Positions 1-13,879 of a stretch of DNA of 64,000 bases are shown here, piece by piece. Under the pieces are notes generated by a model. That model searched no databases and was not told where the DNA came from. It saw nothing but the letters and a program-made list of their open reading frames with translations. The position numbers were made by a program, and so were the translations under genes. The DNA is from Eledone cirrhosa (taxonomy: Eukaryota): positions 23,560,001-23,624,000 of the forward strand of contig OZ024752.1 of NCBI GenBank assembly GCA_964016885.1. Direction: 5' to 3'. Positions within the stretch are counted from its first letter, which is position 1, and the number at the start of each line of letters is the position of its first letter.

Positions 1-1904
1 TCACCACCACCACCACCACCACCACCACCATCAACACCAAAACCACCCACCACCACCACCATCACCACCACCACCACCACCACCACCATCAACACCACCA
101 CCACCCACCACCACCACCATCAACACCACCACCACCATCAACACCACCACCACCATCATCACCACCACCACCACCATCAACACCACCACCATCACCACCA
201 CCATCAACACCACCATCAACACCACCACCACCACCACCACCATCAACACCACCACCATCAACACCACCACTACCACCACTACCATCAACACCACCACCAC
301 CACTACCACCACCACCATCAACACCACCACCACCATCACCACCACCACTACCACCACCAGCAACACCACCATCAACACCACCACCACCACCATCAACACC
401 ACCACTACCACCAGCACCATCAACACCACCACCATCAACACCACCACCACCACCACCACCACCACCACCACCACCACCACCAACACCACCACCACCATCA
501 CCACCACCACCACCACCACCACCACCACCAACACCACCACCACCACCACCACCACCATCAACACCACCACCACCATCACCACCACCACCACCACCACCAC
601 CATCAACACCACCACCACCACCATCAACACCACCACCACCATCAACACCACCACCACCCCACCACCATCACCACCCCACCACCATCACCACCACCACCAC
701 CACCACCACCATCAACACCACCAGCACCCCACCACCACCACCATCATCACCACCACCACCACCATCAACACCACCACCATCACCACCGCCATCAACACCA
801 CCATCAACACCACCACCACCACCACCACCATCAACACCACCACCATCAACACCACCACTACCACCACTACCATCAACACCACCACCACCACTACCACCAC
901 CACCATCAACACCACCACCACCATCACCACCACCACTACCACCACCAGCAACACCACCATCAACACCACCACCACCACCATCAACACCACCACTACCACC
1001 AGCACCATCAACACCACCACCATCAACACCACCACCACCATCACCACCACCACCACCACCAACAACACCACCACCACCACCACCACCAACACCACCACCA
1101 CCACCACCACCACCATCAACACCACCACCACCATCACCACCACCACCACCACCACCACCATCAACACCACCACCACCACCATCAACACCACCACCACCAT
1201 CAACACCACCACCACCCCACCACCATCACCACCCCACCACCATCACCACCACCACCACCACCACCACCATCAACACCACCAGCACCCCACCACCACCACC
1301 ATCATCACCACCACCACCACCATCAACACCACCACCATCACCACCGCCATCAACACCACCATCAACACCACCACCACCACCACCACCATCAACACCACCA
1401 CCATCAACACCACCACTACCACCACTACCATCAACACCACCACCACCACTACCACCACCACCATCAACACCACCACCACCATCACCACCACCACTACCAC
1501 CACCAGCAACACCACCATCAACACCACCACCACCACCATCAACACCACCACTACCACCAGCACCATCAACACCACCACCATCAACACCACCACCACCATC
1601 ACCACCACCACCACCACCAACAACACCACCACCACCACCACCACCAACACCACCACCACCACCACCACCACCATCAACACCACCACCACCATCACCACCA
1701 CCACCACCACCACCACCATCAACACCACCACCACCACCATCAACACCACCACCACCATCAACACCACCACCACCCCACCACCATCACCACCCCACCACCA
1801 TCACCACCACCACCACCACCACCACCATCAACACCACCAGCACCCCACCACCACCACCATCAACACCACCACCACCACCATCAACACCCCCACCCCACCA
1901 CCAC
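1..1904. repeat. (CAC)n/(ACC)n trinucleotide satellite with CAT/CAA variants and a 558-bp higher-order repeat
   Basis: Direct reading; ORF-track products 712..1215 and 1270..1773 are identical and offset by 558 bp. Confidence 0.95.
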
Positions 1905-1969
1905 AATAACTAATGTCCATAAATAACCAAAGATTCAATGGTGATTGCTAAGCCGGAACTGATTGATAC

Positions 1970-2092
1970 TTCTCTCTCTCCTGCTATCCCCCTCTCTCTC
2001 CCCCTCTCCTGCTTTCCCCCTCTCTCTCGCTCTTTCCTGCTTTCCCCCTCTCTCTCTCCTGCTTTCCCCCTTTTTTCTCAATATTACACATA

Positions 2093-2152
<60 letters not shown>

Positions 2153-2189
2153 GCTCTCTCTCTCTCTCTCACACTCTCTCACTCTCTCT
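1970..2189. repeat. (CT)n microsatellite with CCTGCTTTCCCC subrepeats
   Basis: Direct reading. Confidence 0.9.
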
Positions 2190-2345
2190 AACGATTCTGT
2201 CTCCACATTCTTTTCTCGAAGGCAAACTATCGGCGATGGTCTGATGATATGTTCCTTAGTTCTTCAGCTTGTTATAGCCAGCACGGCCAAGGACGTGTAA
2301 AAATAACACACATACACACACACAGACAAATAAACAAGCAAGAAA

Positions 2346-2376
<31 letters not shown>

Positions 2377-2739
2377 ATAGTCCCAGGTCAGTCTGATCGA
2401 GTTGCAGACGTAAGAAACTTCTTAGTGTGGCCTCATAGTAGTAAATTATATTACCCGATTTAGCATCACAAGAGTAGCCCGGTTTAGATGTATCATATAC
2501 CTAGCATACCATATAGACTGTCCCACAGAAGGATCATATGATGAGTAGCGTTGACATGTTACTACTGCTGCTGCTGGACCCAGATCAGATGGTGCCAAGA
2601 AGAGCTGACATTGGACTAGCCTCTACATGCTCAAGATTCCACCCAGGCAGTGTACTTCGATTCCAAACGGGTACGTTAGCTCTTTTACCCCAACCTTTTT
2701 TTAACGATTCTTTTTCTATAACGTCGAATAGATTGCTTT

Positions 2740-3030
2740 GTGTTATTCGTTTCTACTCTTAGCGCTCTGATTTCAAATCTTACCAAGGTTAATTTTTCCT
2801 TTCATTCTTTTGAGGTCGATAAATAAAGTATCAGTCCAGTACTGGGACCGACTTTTTATCTGTATCTCTTTCTCGCTTTGATTCTATCACTCTTTCCTTC
2901 TCTGGAAGAAATTAGCTGTGTTCAGACCTGGATAGAGATGGGCTCTGCAAGGTTTCACATGCCCAACACAGGCTGTATTTCACTACGGCGCCCAACGACT
3001 CTATTAGGAGTTACAGATTCACACACTTCT
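2740..3030 (+). mobile_element. Degenerate tRNA-derived SINE, variant with CT-rich linker and alternative 3' tail
   Basis: B-box-like GATTTCAAATC, core CCTTTCATTCTTTTGAGGTCGATAAATAAAGTATCAG, then tail TCTGGAAGAAATTAGC...GGAGTTACAG also seen at 3915-4050 and (minus) 32735-32835. Confidence 0.65.
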
Positions 3031-3414
3031 ATATATATGAACATTTCAAATTTATAGATACTGTTATTGTTAACATAAGATGGTCGATATGACAAATTCG
3101 TTTTAACATCGTCGGATATTTGTTTCAGGTCTTTGCTTTTTGAGTTCAAATACCACTGAGTTTCACTTTCTTCTTCAGCCTTCTGGGGGTCAATAAAAAA
3201 AAGTACCAACCAAGTGCTGTTGCAACTGTCTATACTCCTATTGTCACATCCTGGGTGCCCCACTGCACCAAGGGCGAGAGGCTATCTGTGTCTGCTCACA
3301 TTTACATGGGCGCTTAAAACCCTTAATGAAATCCTCACTTCACGGTAGTACCAAGTCATACTCGATTATAAGTGACGGCTAAAGGTTTTTTCAAGTTTAT
3401 TATTAGTTTTAAAA

Positions 3415-3632
3415 AGCGGGTTGTCAGTATCGATAGAGCGTCGGACAGTATATTTTGCGGCATAGAATTGCGGCCCTTTGCGTACTGAGTTCAAATCCCG
3501 CCGAGGTTAGCTTTGCCTTTCATCCTCTCGGGGTCGATAAATAAAGAACCAGTAATGCATTGAGGTCGATTTAATCGACCCCCTCCCCCCTTCCAAATTG
3601 CTGGCCTTGTGCCTAAAGTAGAAACAATTATT
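3415..3632 (+). mobile_element. tRNA-derived SINE (octopus-type), near full length
   Basis: B box GAGTTCAAATCCC, core TTTGCCTTTCATCCTCTCGGGGTCGATAAATAAAG, 3' end GGCCTTGTGCCTAAAGTAGAAACAATTATT; more than 10 related copies in the window. Confidence 0.85.
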
Positions 3633-3759
3633 AGTTTAAAAAGTTATACTGACTGGGATTATCTTTGCAATGAGTAAACAAAACCTCCCTCTACGGGAAT
3701 TTGAACAGATAATCTCAAGTAATGAAATGTGTTCTACTTACTATATTACATATATGAGA

Positions 3760-4052
3760 TCTTTTTCATCCGTTTGAGGCCGATAAAAAAGTATCAGTTT
3801 AGTACGGGAGAGGATCAATCCCCCCTCTCTCCCTCTCTCTCTCTCTCTTTCTCACACACACACGCGCGCGCATACACATACATACACACACTTCCATTCT
3901 CCCACTCTCTATCCTTCTCTGGAAGAAATCTGCCATATTCAGACCTGGAGAGGAGATAGGCTCCGCCAGGTTTTTACAAACTGCCCTAGAAACTGTGTAT
4001 ATCAACGCAGCGCCCCTATGACTCCCTCGGGAGTTACGGGACCCTACATACA
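3760..4052 (+). mobile_element. 5'-truncated SINE, alternative-tail variant
   Basis: Core TTTCATCCGTTTGAGGCCGATAAAAAAGTATCAG + CT/CA tract + tail ending GAGTTACGGGACCCTACATACA. Confidence 0.6.
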
Positions 4053-4122
4053 GCGTGTTGTATTTATGAAGTATTTTCTGTCAACTCTCTTGGTGTGCTT
4101 GTTTTTATTATTGGTTGCTGTA

Positions 4123-4730
4123 TGGTGGATTAGCTGTATCGGTTGAGCGTCTGACAATGTACTTTGCGCTATATCGTTATGTCTCTTTACCTTCTCAGTT
4201 CAAATCCCGCCGAAGTTAACTTTTTCTTTCTTCCTCATGAGGTCGATGAAATAAAGTACCAGTAGCGAACTGAGGTCGATTTAATCGACTTTCCTCTTCC
4301 CTTCATAAATGCTGGCCTTGTGCAATTATTAGTTGCTGTGGCGTAATGGACTGGTCGCATCGGTAGAGCGTCCGATATTTATTCTAGCTTTTTACCTTCT
4401 GAATTCAAAGCCCACTATGTCAACTTTGCCTTTCATCATTCTAAAGCCGATAAAGTACAAATCTAGTTCTTGGGTCAATTTAACTCGACTTTCCCACTAT
4501 CTTCAAATTGCTGACCTTGTGCCTATGTTAAAAACCGATATTATTTATAGTTGTTGATAGAGTGTCGGACACAATGCTTTGAAGCATAGAGTTACGTCCC
4601 TTTATGATCTGAGTTCAAATCCCGCTGGGGTTAACTTTGCCTTTCATCCTTACGGGGTCGATAAAATAAAGTACCAGCAATGTACTGGGTAATTGCTGGC
4701 CTTGTGCCAAAAGTAGAAACAATTATTTAT
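4123..4730 (+). mobile_element. Three head-to-tail tRNA-derived SINE copies
   Basis: Three B boxes (about 4197, 4401, 4611), each followed by the conserved core and a CCTTGTGC...ATTATT end. Confidence 0.8.
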
Positions 4731-5238
4731 AGTTGTTGTTTTTGTTGTTCCAAGTCAGCCTTGGTCAAGTAGAGTTATATCAAAGTCATTCCCCCATAAC
4801 CATCCTATCATTGTTTCTTATGGCATAGCCAATACGTCAGGTAAAGTGTAAAATGAGGGGATTTGGCTGTAATATATAGCAGATTGAGAAACTACATAGA
4901 TACAGGAGCTATGTGGTCGGTTGACTTAATAGGAATAGCAGCAGAATCCACGTCAAATCACACCGCCATCGTCATAGATAATGAAAGATAAGGTAATATG
5001 GTTATGGATTCCCTGCAGATAACAAAAAACAAAAAAAAACGGGATGGCCACGGCTGGAATAGCTTTCATCATAGGGCACTCCGAACATGGCTTACCTGTA
5101 ACAACTGCTAATAGACTCATTTGAAATGGAAAGACCAAAAACAATTACTAGAAGGTACTGAATACATCGATACATCGAGCATCAGAAAAGGTGCTAATTT
5201 ATTGAAAAGTGACTCTTGAAGAATAAGGTGAAATTAAA

Positions 5239-5240
<2 letters not shown>

Positions 5241-5328
<88 letters not shown>

Positions 5329-5354
5329 TCTCTCTCTCTCTCTCCACACACACA
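5241..5354. repeat. (CT)n/(CA)n microsatellite
   Basis: Direct reading. Confidence 0.95.
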
Positions 5355-5717
5355 CGTGCAGATAAAATTAGCTAAAGCGAGATAGATAATATATATATAT
5401 TTATATGTGTGCGTGTGTGTGCGTATAATCACAACAGTGACCCAATTAAGTTTCGTTGGGTTCTGAACCCAACTCATTCAGCCTGTCACAAGAATTATGA
5501 TTTATACTAAACTCGTCCTATGGACTGTGCTCTTACTTTCGATATTTCATCGAACTTTTACTACAGTGTATATATATATATATATATATATGAATGAAAT
5601 ATAATGAATGAAACAGTTCTAGTCCTGTAGAATCTCATCTATATTAAAACTTTTATACTCTGCTATGTATTGAGTACCTTACTTACTGTGGTTACCTCCG
5701 ATTCAACCCGGAATAAC

Positions 5718-5890
<173 letters not shown>

Positions 5891-5950
5891 TAGTATCGAG
5901 TACTCTGGTGCGTTATGGTCCACGTAGTTTCTTTCTACACCTTCGTTCTT

Positions 5951-5988
<38 letters not shown>

Positions 5989-6016
5989 TGGCAGTGATTT
6001 AGGGTTATCGCGTTGA

Positions 6017-6096
6017 GCTCTACTGATGAACGATTCCAACCGTGACCATCCCCACTGAAAGTTTCGTGAAATAGTCTTTTTAAGACTATATAGAGC
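6017..6096 (+). ncRNA. Type I hammerhead ribozyme motif
   Basis: Stem I GCTCTA/TAGAGC; core CTGATGA (6023-6029); stem II ACGA...TCGT; GAAA (6068-6071); stem III TAGTCTT-ttt-AAGACTA; cleavage triplet AUA. Confidence 0.85.
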
Positions 6097-6334
6097 ATTT
6101 GAAGTTTTTCCAAATTGAAGGATGGGTATTTAAACTTTATTTTATTCAGAGTTAAGGCTCTATTGATTTTTCCCTGGATTTCGCAAAATTCTATGGATAA
6201 ATCTGTCTTGATTTTTTAAAATTGAGTTTGAATCATTTTCCCACATCTTACGTTAATTATTTTCCATTTTGACGTTATAGTCACTTATATATTATGAAAT
6301 ATTGTTCGCTTCACGCTCACAATAATTTCTATAC

Positions 6335-6376
<42 letters not shown>

Positions 6377-6443
6377 TATGAAGAGAGAAGAAACATTAGA
6401 TATAATTAGTAATAAGATATATCATACCTAGCTGCTTCTATAG

Positions 6444-6537
6444 TCCCCGACTACGTAGTTTCGTGGCATATTATGCAAAAACACTAGATCATAGAGATAT
6501 AGAGTTTTTGTGAGGTTCTGCCGACTTATCAAGGGGA
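6444..6537 (-). ncRNA. Type I hammerhead ribozyme, U3-A8 variant (inverted copy)
   Basis: Reverse complement reads TCCCC-TTGATAA-GTCGGCA...TGCCAC-GAAA-CTACGTAG-TC-GGGGA; stem III is the perfect palindrome ACTACGTAGT. Confidence 0.72.
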
Positions 6538-6933
6538 TACCTCATGAAGGATTTCAAAAGACGTCTGCAATGCGCGAGACAGAATCTCGAAAAGGCGGAG
6601 GGAGAGTCAATCACGTGATACAGCGGTCAAGAAACAGAGCTAAGCCCCTTATAACCCTGAAAAAAATACCACGGAGGTGGAGGGGGTATTCATATCAAAG
6701 CCGTAGAAGAGGTGGTTTGAGGAGGCGAGAAGTATGAGTAATGGTAGCTATCCAGCAGTCACTACACTTCAAAGGTTACTCGACCAAAGGTTACCCGACT
6801 AAACAATATATAGAGAGAAACACACAGATACATGCGGACACATACATATACATGAATATATCCACACATATCCCTGAGTTAGTGGTGCCAACCTCAACCG
6901 ATAGAGCAACATCGGGAAATCCTTAATGAGATA

Positions 6934-7027
6934 TCCCCTTGATAAGTCGGCAGAACCTCACAAAGACTCTATATCTCTATGATCTAGTGTTTTTGCATAA
7001 TATGCCACGAAATTACGTAGTCGGGGA
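6934..7027 (+). ncRNA. Type I hammerhead ribozyme, U3-A8 core variant
   Basis: Stem I TCCCC/GGGGA; core TTGATAA; stem II GTCGGCA...TGCCAC; GAAA-TTACGTAG-TC. Confidence 0.7.
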
Positions 7028-7263
7028 CTATAGAAGCAGCTAGGTATGATATATCTTATTACTAATTATATCTAATGTTTCTTCTCTCTTCATAATGTAC
7101 TATATAACTCTGATACTGAATCAGTCTAATCCATTCGGATTGTGTTTGTCCCAGTTATTTATAGAGCAACATCGTTTGAGGTTGGCACCACTAACTCAGG
7201 GATATGTGTGGATATATTCATGTACATATATGTGTCCGCATGTATCTGTGTGTTTCTCTATAT

Positions 7264-7302
<39 letters not shown>

Positions 7303-7607
7303 GTGAGGCTTTTTTTACAAAATGAAAAATAACCGAGGTGTCCTACACGAGTGAAAATATAAGGAAAAAAGAAGAAATCGAAAATGGAACTGGAGTCTTT
7401 TTTTTTTAAATTATATATTTATTTGGTTCCTTAACCGGTTTCCGAGTTCTTGTGCTTTTCAAATGTAGAATTGAGATGGAGGGTTTGTGGTTTTTCTCGC
7501 ATCTGGTTGGTGTTCGAATGTTACTTCTGTTTTATATGGAAAAAAGTGGCTCGAAATGCTAGGTTTTTAGAAAAGTAGTATATATATACACACATATATA
7601 TATATAT

Positions 7608-7713
7608 ACAAATGAAGATATTCACATAATCAAAATATATGCTTTATTATATATATTTCGAAATATATATAATAAAGCATATATATTTTGATTATGTGAA
7701 TATCTTCATTTGT
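7608..7713. repeat. Near-perfect ~106-bp palindrome with no spacer
   Basis: ACAAATGAAGATATTCACATAATCAAAAT...TTTCGAAA...ATTTTGATTATGTGAATATCTTCATTTGT, centred at 7659/7660. Confidence 0.9.
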
Positions 7714-8011
7714 TAATATTTTGAATAATATTAAAAACTCCAGGAAAACTTAACAGTTGAGTGCTTTTAATCTATTGTAAAACTGTATTCATTGAGTAAT
7801 CAATGAACCTTATTAGTCTTTGGTTATATATATATATAGAAGTGGTTACACAACATTTAGTTCACCATACCGAGAACAATTGTTTCACCTTTGCGGATTC
7901 TCAGCTCGTAATATATATGCATATATACATACATATATATATATTTGTTTTTCAAGGTTTTTGCTATGAAATCGTGTGTTGAAACAAATATTGTTATATT
8001 TGGGGAGGGTC

Positions 8012-8587
8012 ATATTGTTATAATATTGCCCAAAATAATAACACACTCACTGTTTGGTTTGGATTGTTTTTCGCTTCTTTATTTTTTATATCTCCATAAT
8101 TAATTTATATGGCAATCAATGTTTATCATTGATTGACCAACGGTTAAAAATACAGATGCAAATATATATTTTCTATTCTAAGGCGGGTAAAATTCCCGAG
8201 AACCATGGACGAGTTCTCTCCAGCGGTCTCTGTCCCTCATTATCGCTGCCATGTCCTGCGTCTCCAACAGACCAGTGTCTGTCCTTAGGGCATCAACATA
8301 CGTTAACCTTGGTCTTCTAGTGTCCATGGACACAAATATATATATATAGTCTATAAAAGTTCTTTCATCAAACACCTTCATCAGTGGTACTATTATGTTT
8401 CCTCCCGTTGTATTGTAATTTGATAGACTATATATATTTATATCTGTATTTTTAACTGTTGGTCAATCAATGATAAACATTGATTGCCAGATAAATTATC
8501 TATAGAGATATAAAAGATACAGAAGCGAAAACCAACCCAAACCAAACAATGAGTGTGTTATTATTTTTGGCAATATTATAACAATAT
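8012..8587. repeat. ~160-bp inverted repeat pair enclosing an RTE 3' fragment
   Basis: 8012-8169 matches the reverse complement of about 8429-8587 (e.g. GGCAATCAATGTTTATCATTGATTGACCAAC). Confidence 0.8.
8175..8332 (-). mobile_element. RTE-clade LINE, extreme 3' fragment
   Basis: RPRLTYVDALRTDTGLLETQDMAAIMRDRDRWRELV, essentially identical to the end of the 37365..37970 ORF. Confidence 0.85.
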
Positions 8588-8730
8588 ATATATACTGAAT
8601 TACTGTATATATATATATATATGTGTGAATGAAGTAATTCCATCGGAAAAGTCCAGGAAAAAAGAGTGCTCTATGTATGCAACAGAGCTTAATTATTATT
8701 ATTATGTAATAAACAACATAAGGCAATTAT

Positions 8731-8788
8731 TCCATTTACCAGTGGTTTCTTAAAAGCAAAAGGTTTTGCTTTCAATCCTCAGAATGAA
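8731..8788 (-). ncRNA. Type I hammerhead ribozyme motif (same family as 32035-32239)
   Basis: Reverse complement TTCATT-CTGAGGA-TTGAAAGCAAAA-cc-TTTTGCTTTTAA-GAAA-CCACTGG-TA-AATGGA. Confidence 0.75.
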
Positions 8789-8894
8789 AAATCCTGGTTT
8801 GTTTATTGAATATGGATATATATATATATAGTGGTGGAACACTGGAAGGTAATATCCGTAGTGGTAGAGCACTCAGTCCATGGGACGAGTTAGG

Positions 8895-11814
<2,920 letters not shown>

Positions 11815-11817
<3 letters not shown>

Positions 11818-12645
11818 TCATCATCATCACATCATCATCATCATCATCATCATTTTACGTCCGCTTTTCCTTGCTTGCAAGGGTGGGACGGTGTTATTCA
11901 GCACAGCATCTCTCCACTTTCCACGGTCCTTCGTCATCTCCACCGTGAGCTTCAGCGATCTGTGGTCTGTTCTCACCACCTCCGCCCATGTTTTTCGTGG
12001 TCTACCTCTACCACGTCTTCCTTCAACTGGCATTTCCTGACACTTCTTCACCCACCGGTCATCTTCCATGCGCATCACATGTCCATATCACCGCAGTCTC
12101 CTCTCTCGCACACTACATTCTATCCCTCTCAGACACAGTTTCTATCTCAACACATCCATGCTGGGTCGTTCACGCACATTTACATTGGACATCCAACGGA
12201 GCATGCTTGCTTCATTTCTCTCCAGCCGTCGCATATCCTCTGCAGTTGCTGCCCATGTCTCACTACCATGCAGCATCGCGCTCCTCACACAGGCATCATA
12301 TAACCGGCGTTTCGTACGTAGGGATAAACCCTTCTTCGTCAGCAGAGGAAGCAGCTCCCTAAAATTCTTCCAACCCGTCCTTATTCTAGATACTATGGCC
12401 TTGGAACCCCCCCCCCCCCCTCCCATGCTAATCTGATCTCCGAGGTACCGGAAGCTATCCACCACTTCTATAGCACCCGCCTGCATTTGAAAAATGTGTC
12501 TATCAATGCGACTTCTACTGTCAAATTTCCCTGTACATCTACTGCATAGATATTTCTCCCCACCTGTTAGTTTGCCTGCTATCCCGCTACATCTCTTGTG
12601 TACCCAGGATCTGCATTGTGTGCATTTTCTACTCATCAACACTTG
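11815..12645 (-). mobile_element. RTE-clade LINE 3' fragment with (TGA)n tail
   Basis: VVDSFRYLGD, RLYDACVRSAMLHGSETW, GRRGRGRPRKTW...DRGKWR; tail reads (CAT)n on the plus strand. Confidence 0.88.
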
Positions 12646-12673
12646 ATATATATATATATATACATGTATACAC

Positions 12674-12795
<122 letters not shown>

Positions 12796-12956
12796 TAAAA
12801 TAACAGATTAAAGTTTAAGCAAAGAATCGCTGCTTTCACCCTTAACGGGATCTTCTGAAACTACGGTTCTTATATATTTGATATATATTTATCCTTATCG
12901 AGCCCTCTTTGGATTTTAGTCTTCAAATTTATTATTATTACTATATATATATATAT

Positions 12957-13816
12957 ACATGTACTATAAAGTATGTCCATAGAATCATTTGATAATATAT
13001 ATACACCATTTCCTCTCCCAATTAGCATAATCAACCACACAAAAAATCAATTAAACCAGGCTATAAGATTAAAAGGCACCTATGAAGAAATAGTAGATAA
13101 ATAAACGACAGCCATCTATTCGCGATCAACCGCTATAGAATATTTACCCAACATTTCAATAGCACGTGGAAATCGATTAAATATAACGTCAACCATACAC
13201 AATTAGGTATAAAATTAAAGTTAGAAGAAAAAATGCAGATACAGATACCAGGATTACATTTCTACCCTTTAGGGTTTCGTTCGCTTTCGGAAATATCGTA
13301 TCAAGGATAAATTCTCGAGCTTCGAACTCATCAGGAAACAAACTCACTTGGACAAAGATTTTTCTTAAATGATCCGCGCCAGAAACGAATTCAAAATGGC
13401 TAAGAACTGTGAGTGGCAGTGGCCAAGTCAGAAATAATGTGATTGTTGCCTCACGGCGAGTGGGCTGGTTGCTAGAAAGCGCAGCCCAATATTGCCTAAA
13501 TTGCATCTCAACCTTATGGGAGATTATCAAATATAAAGATTTACATATACACAAACTAGACAAAGTCACAGATATATATGTATTGGCAACCATGCACGAT
13601 GTGTCTCAATGATGAATTAATAAATTAAATAATCAGAGCAATATACTATAAAGTATGTCCATAGAATCATTTGATAATATATATACACCATTTCCTCTCC
13701 CATATATTGCTCTGATTATTTAATTTATTAATTCATCATTGAGCCACCTCGTGAATGGTTGCCAAAACATATATATCTGTGACTTTGTCTAGTTTGTGTA
13801 TATGTAAATCTTTATA
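12957..13816. mobile_element. Non-autonomous Penelope-like/HHR element with direct plus inverted terminal repeats
   Basis: Direct repeat ~12960-13020 = ~13642-13702; inverted repeat ~13532-13643 vs ~13703-13815; internal hammerhead on the minus strand. Confidence 0.7.
13259..13338 (-). ncRNA. Type I hammerhead ribozyme motif
   Basis: Reverse complement TTTC-CTGATGA-GTTCG...CGAAC-GAAA-CCCTAAAGGG-TA-GAAA; canonical G10.1-C11.1 pair. Confidence 0.85.
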
Positions 13817-13828
13817 TAATTATACATG

Positions 13829-13859
<31 letters not shown>

Positions 13860-13879
13860 GTATATATATATACATACAT

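Larger units (their letters stand above)
6372..7268. mobile_element. Non-autonomous Penelope-like/HHR element with two interleaved inverted repeats, flanked by (TA)n
   Basis: 6372-6554 is the reverse complement of 6917-7099; 6803-6900 is the reverse complement of about 7171-7268; each long arm carries a hammerhead. Confidence 0.7.

Noticed and set aside
31-1773. Poly-Val/Met ORFs (and poly-His/Thr/Pro frames on the plus strand)
   Set aside because: Translation artefacts of the (CAC)n repeat; no flanking gene structure.
2195-2300. Possible host exon after a pyrimidine tract (TTTTCTCGAAG|GCAAAC...)
   Set aside because: Short, no recognisable protein similarity, and no partner exons found.
3415-3505. 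tRNA genes at SINE heads
   Set aside because: A/B-box-like motifs only; no cloverleaf, and they continue into SINE core and tail.
7425-7470. Minus-strand TTGAAAA...GAAACCGGTT possible hammerhead
   Set aside because: Palindromic stem III present but stems I and II do not pair convincingly.
8345-8392. Minus-strand CTGATGA...GAAA hammerhead-like core
   Set aside because: Stems I and III could not be paired; at best a broken remnant.
12820-12868. Minus-strand CAGAAGA-TCCC..GGGT-GAAA motif
   Set aside because: Core mutated at U4 and no stem I or III; not called.
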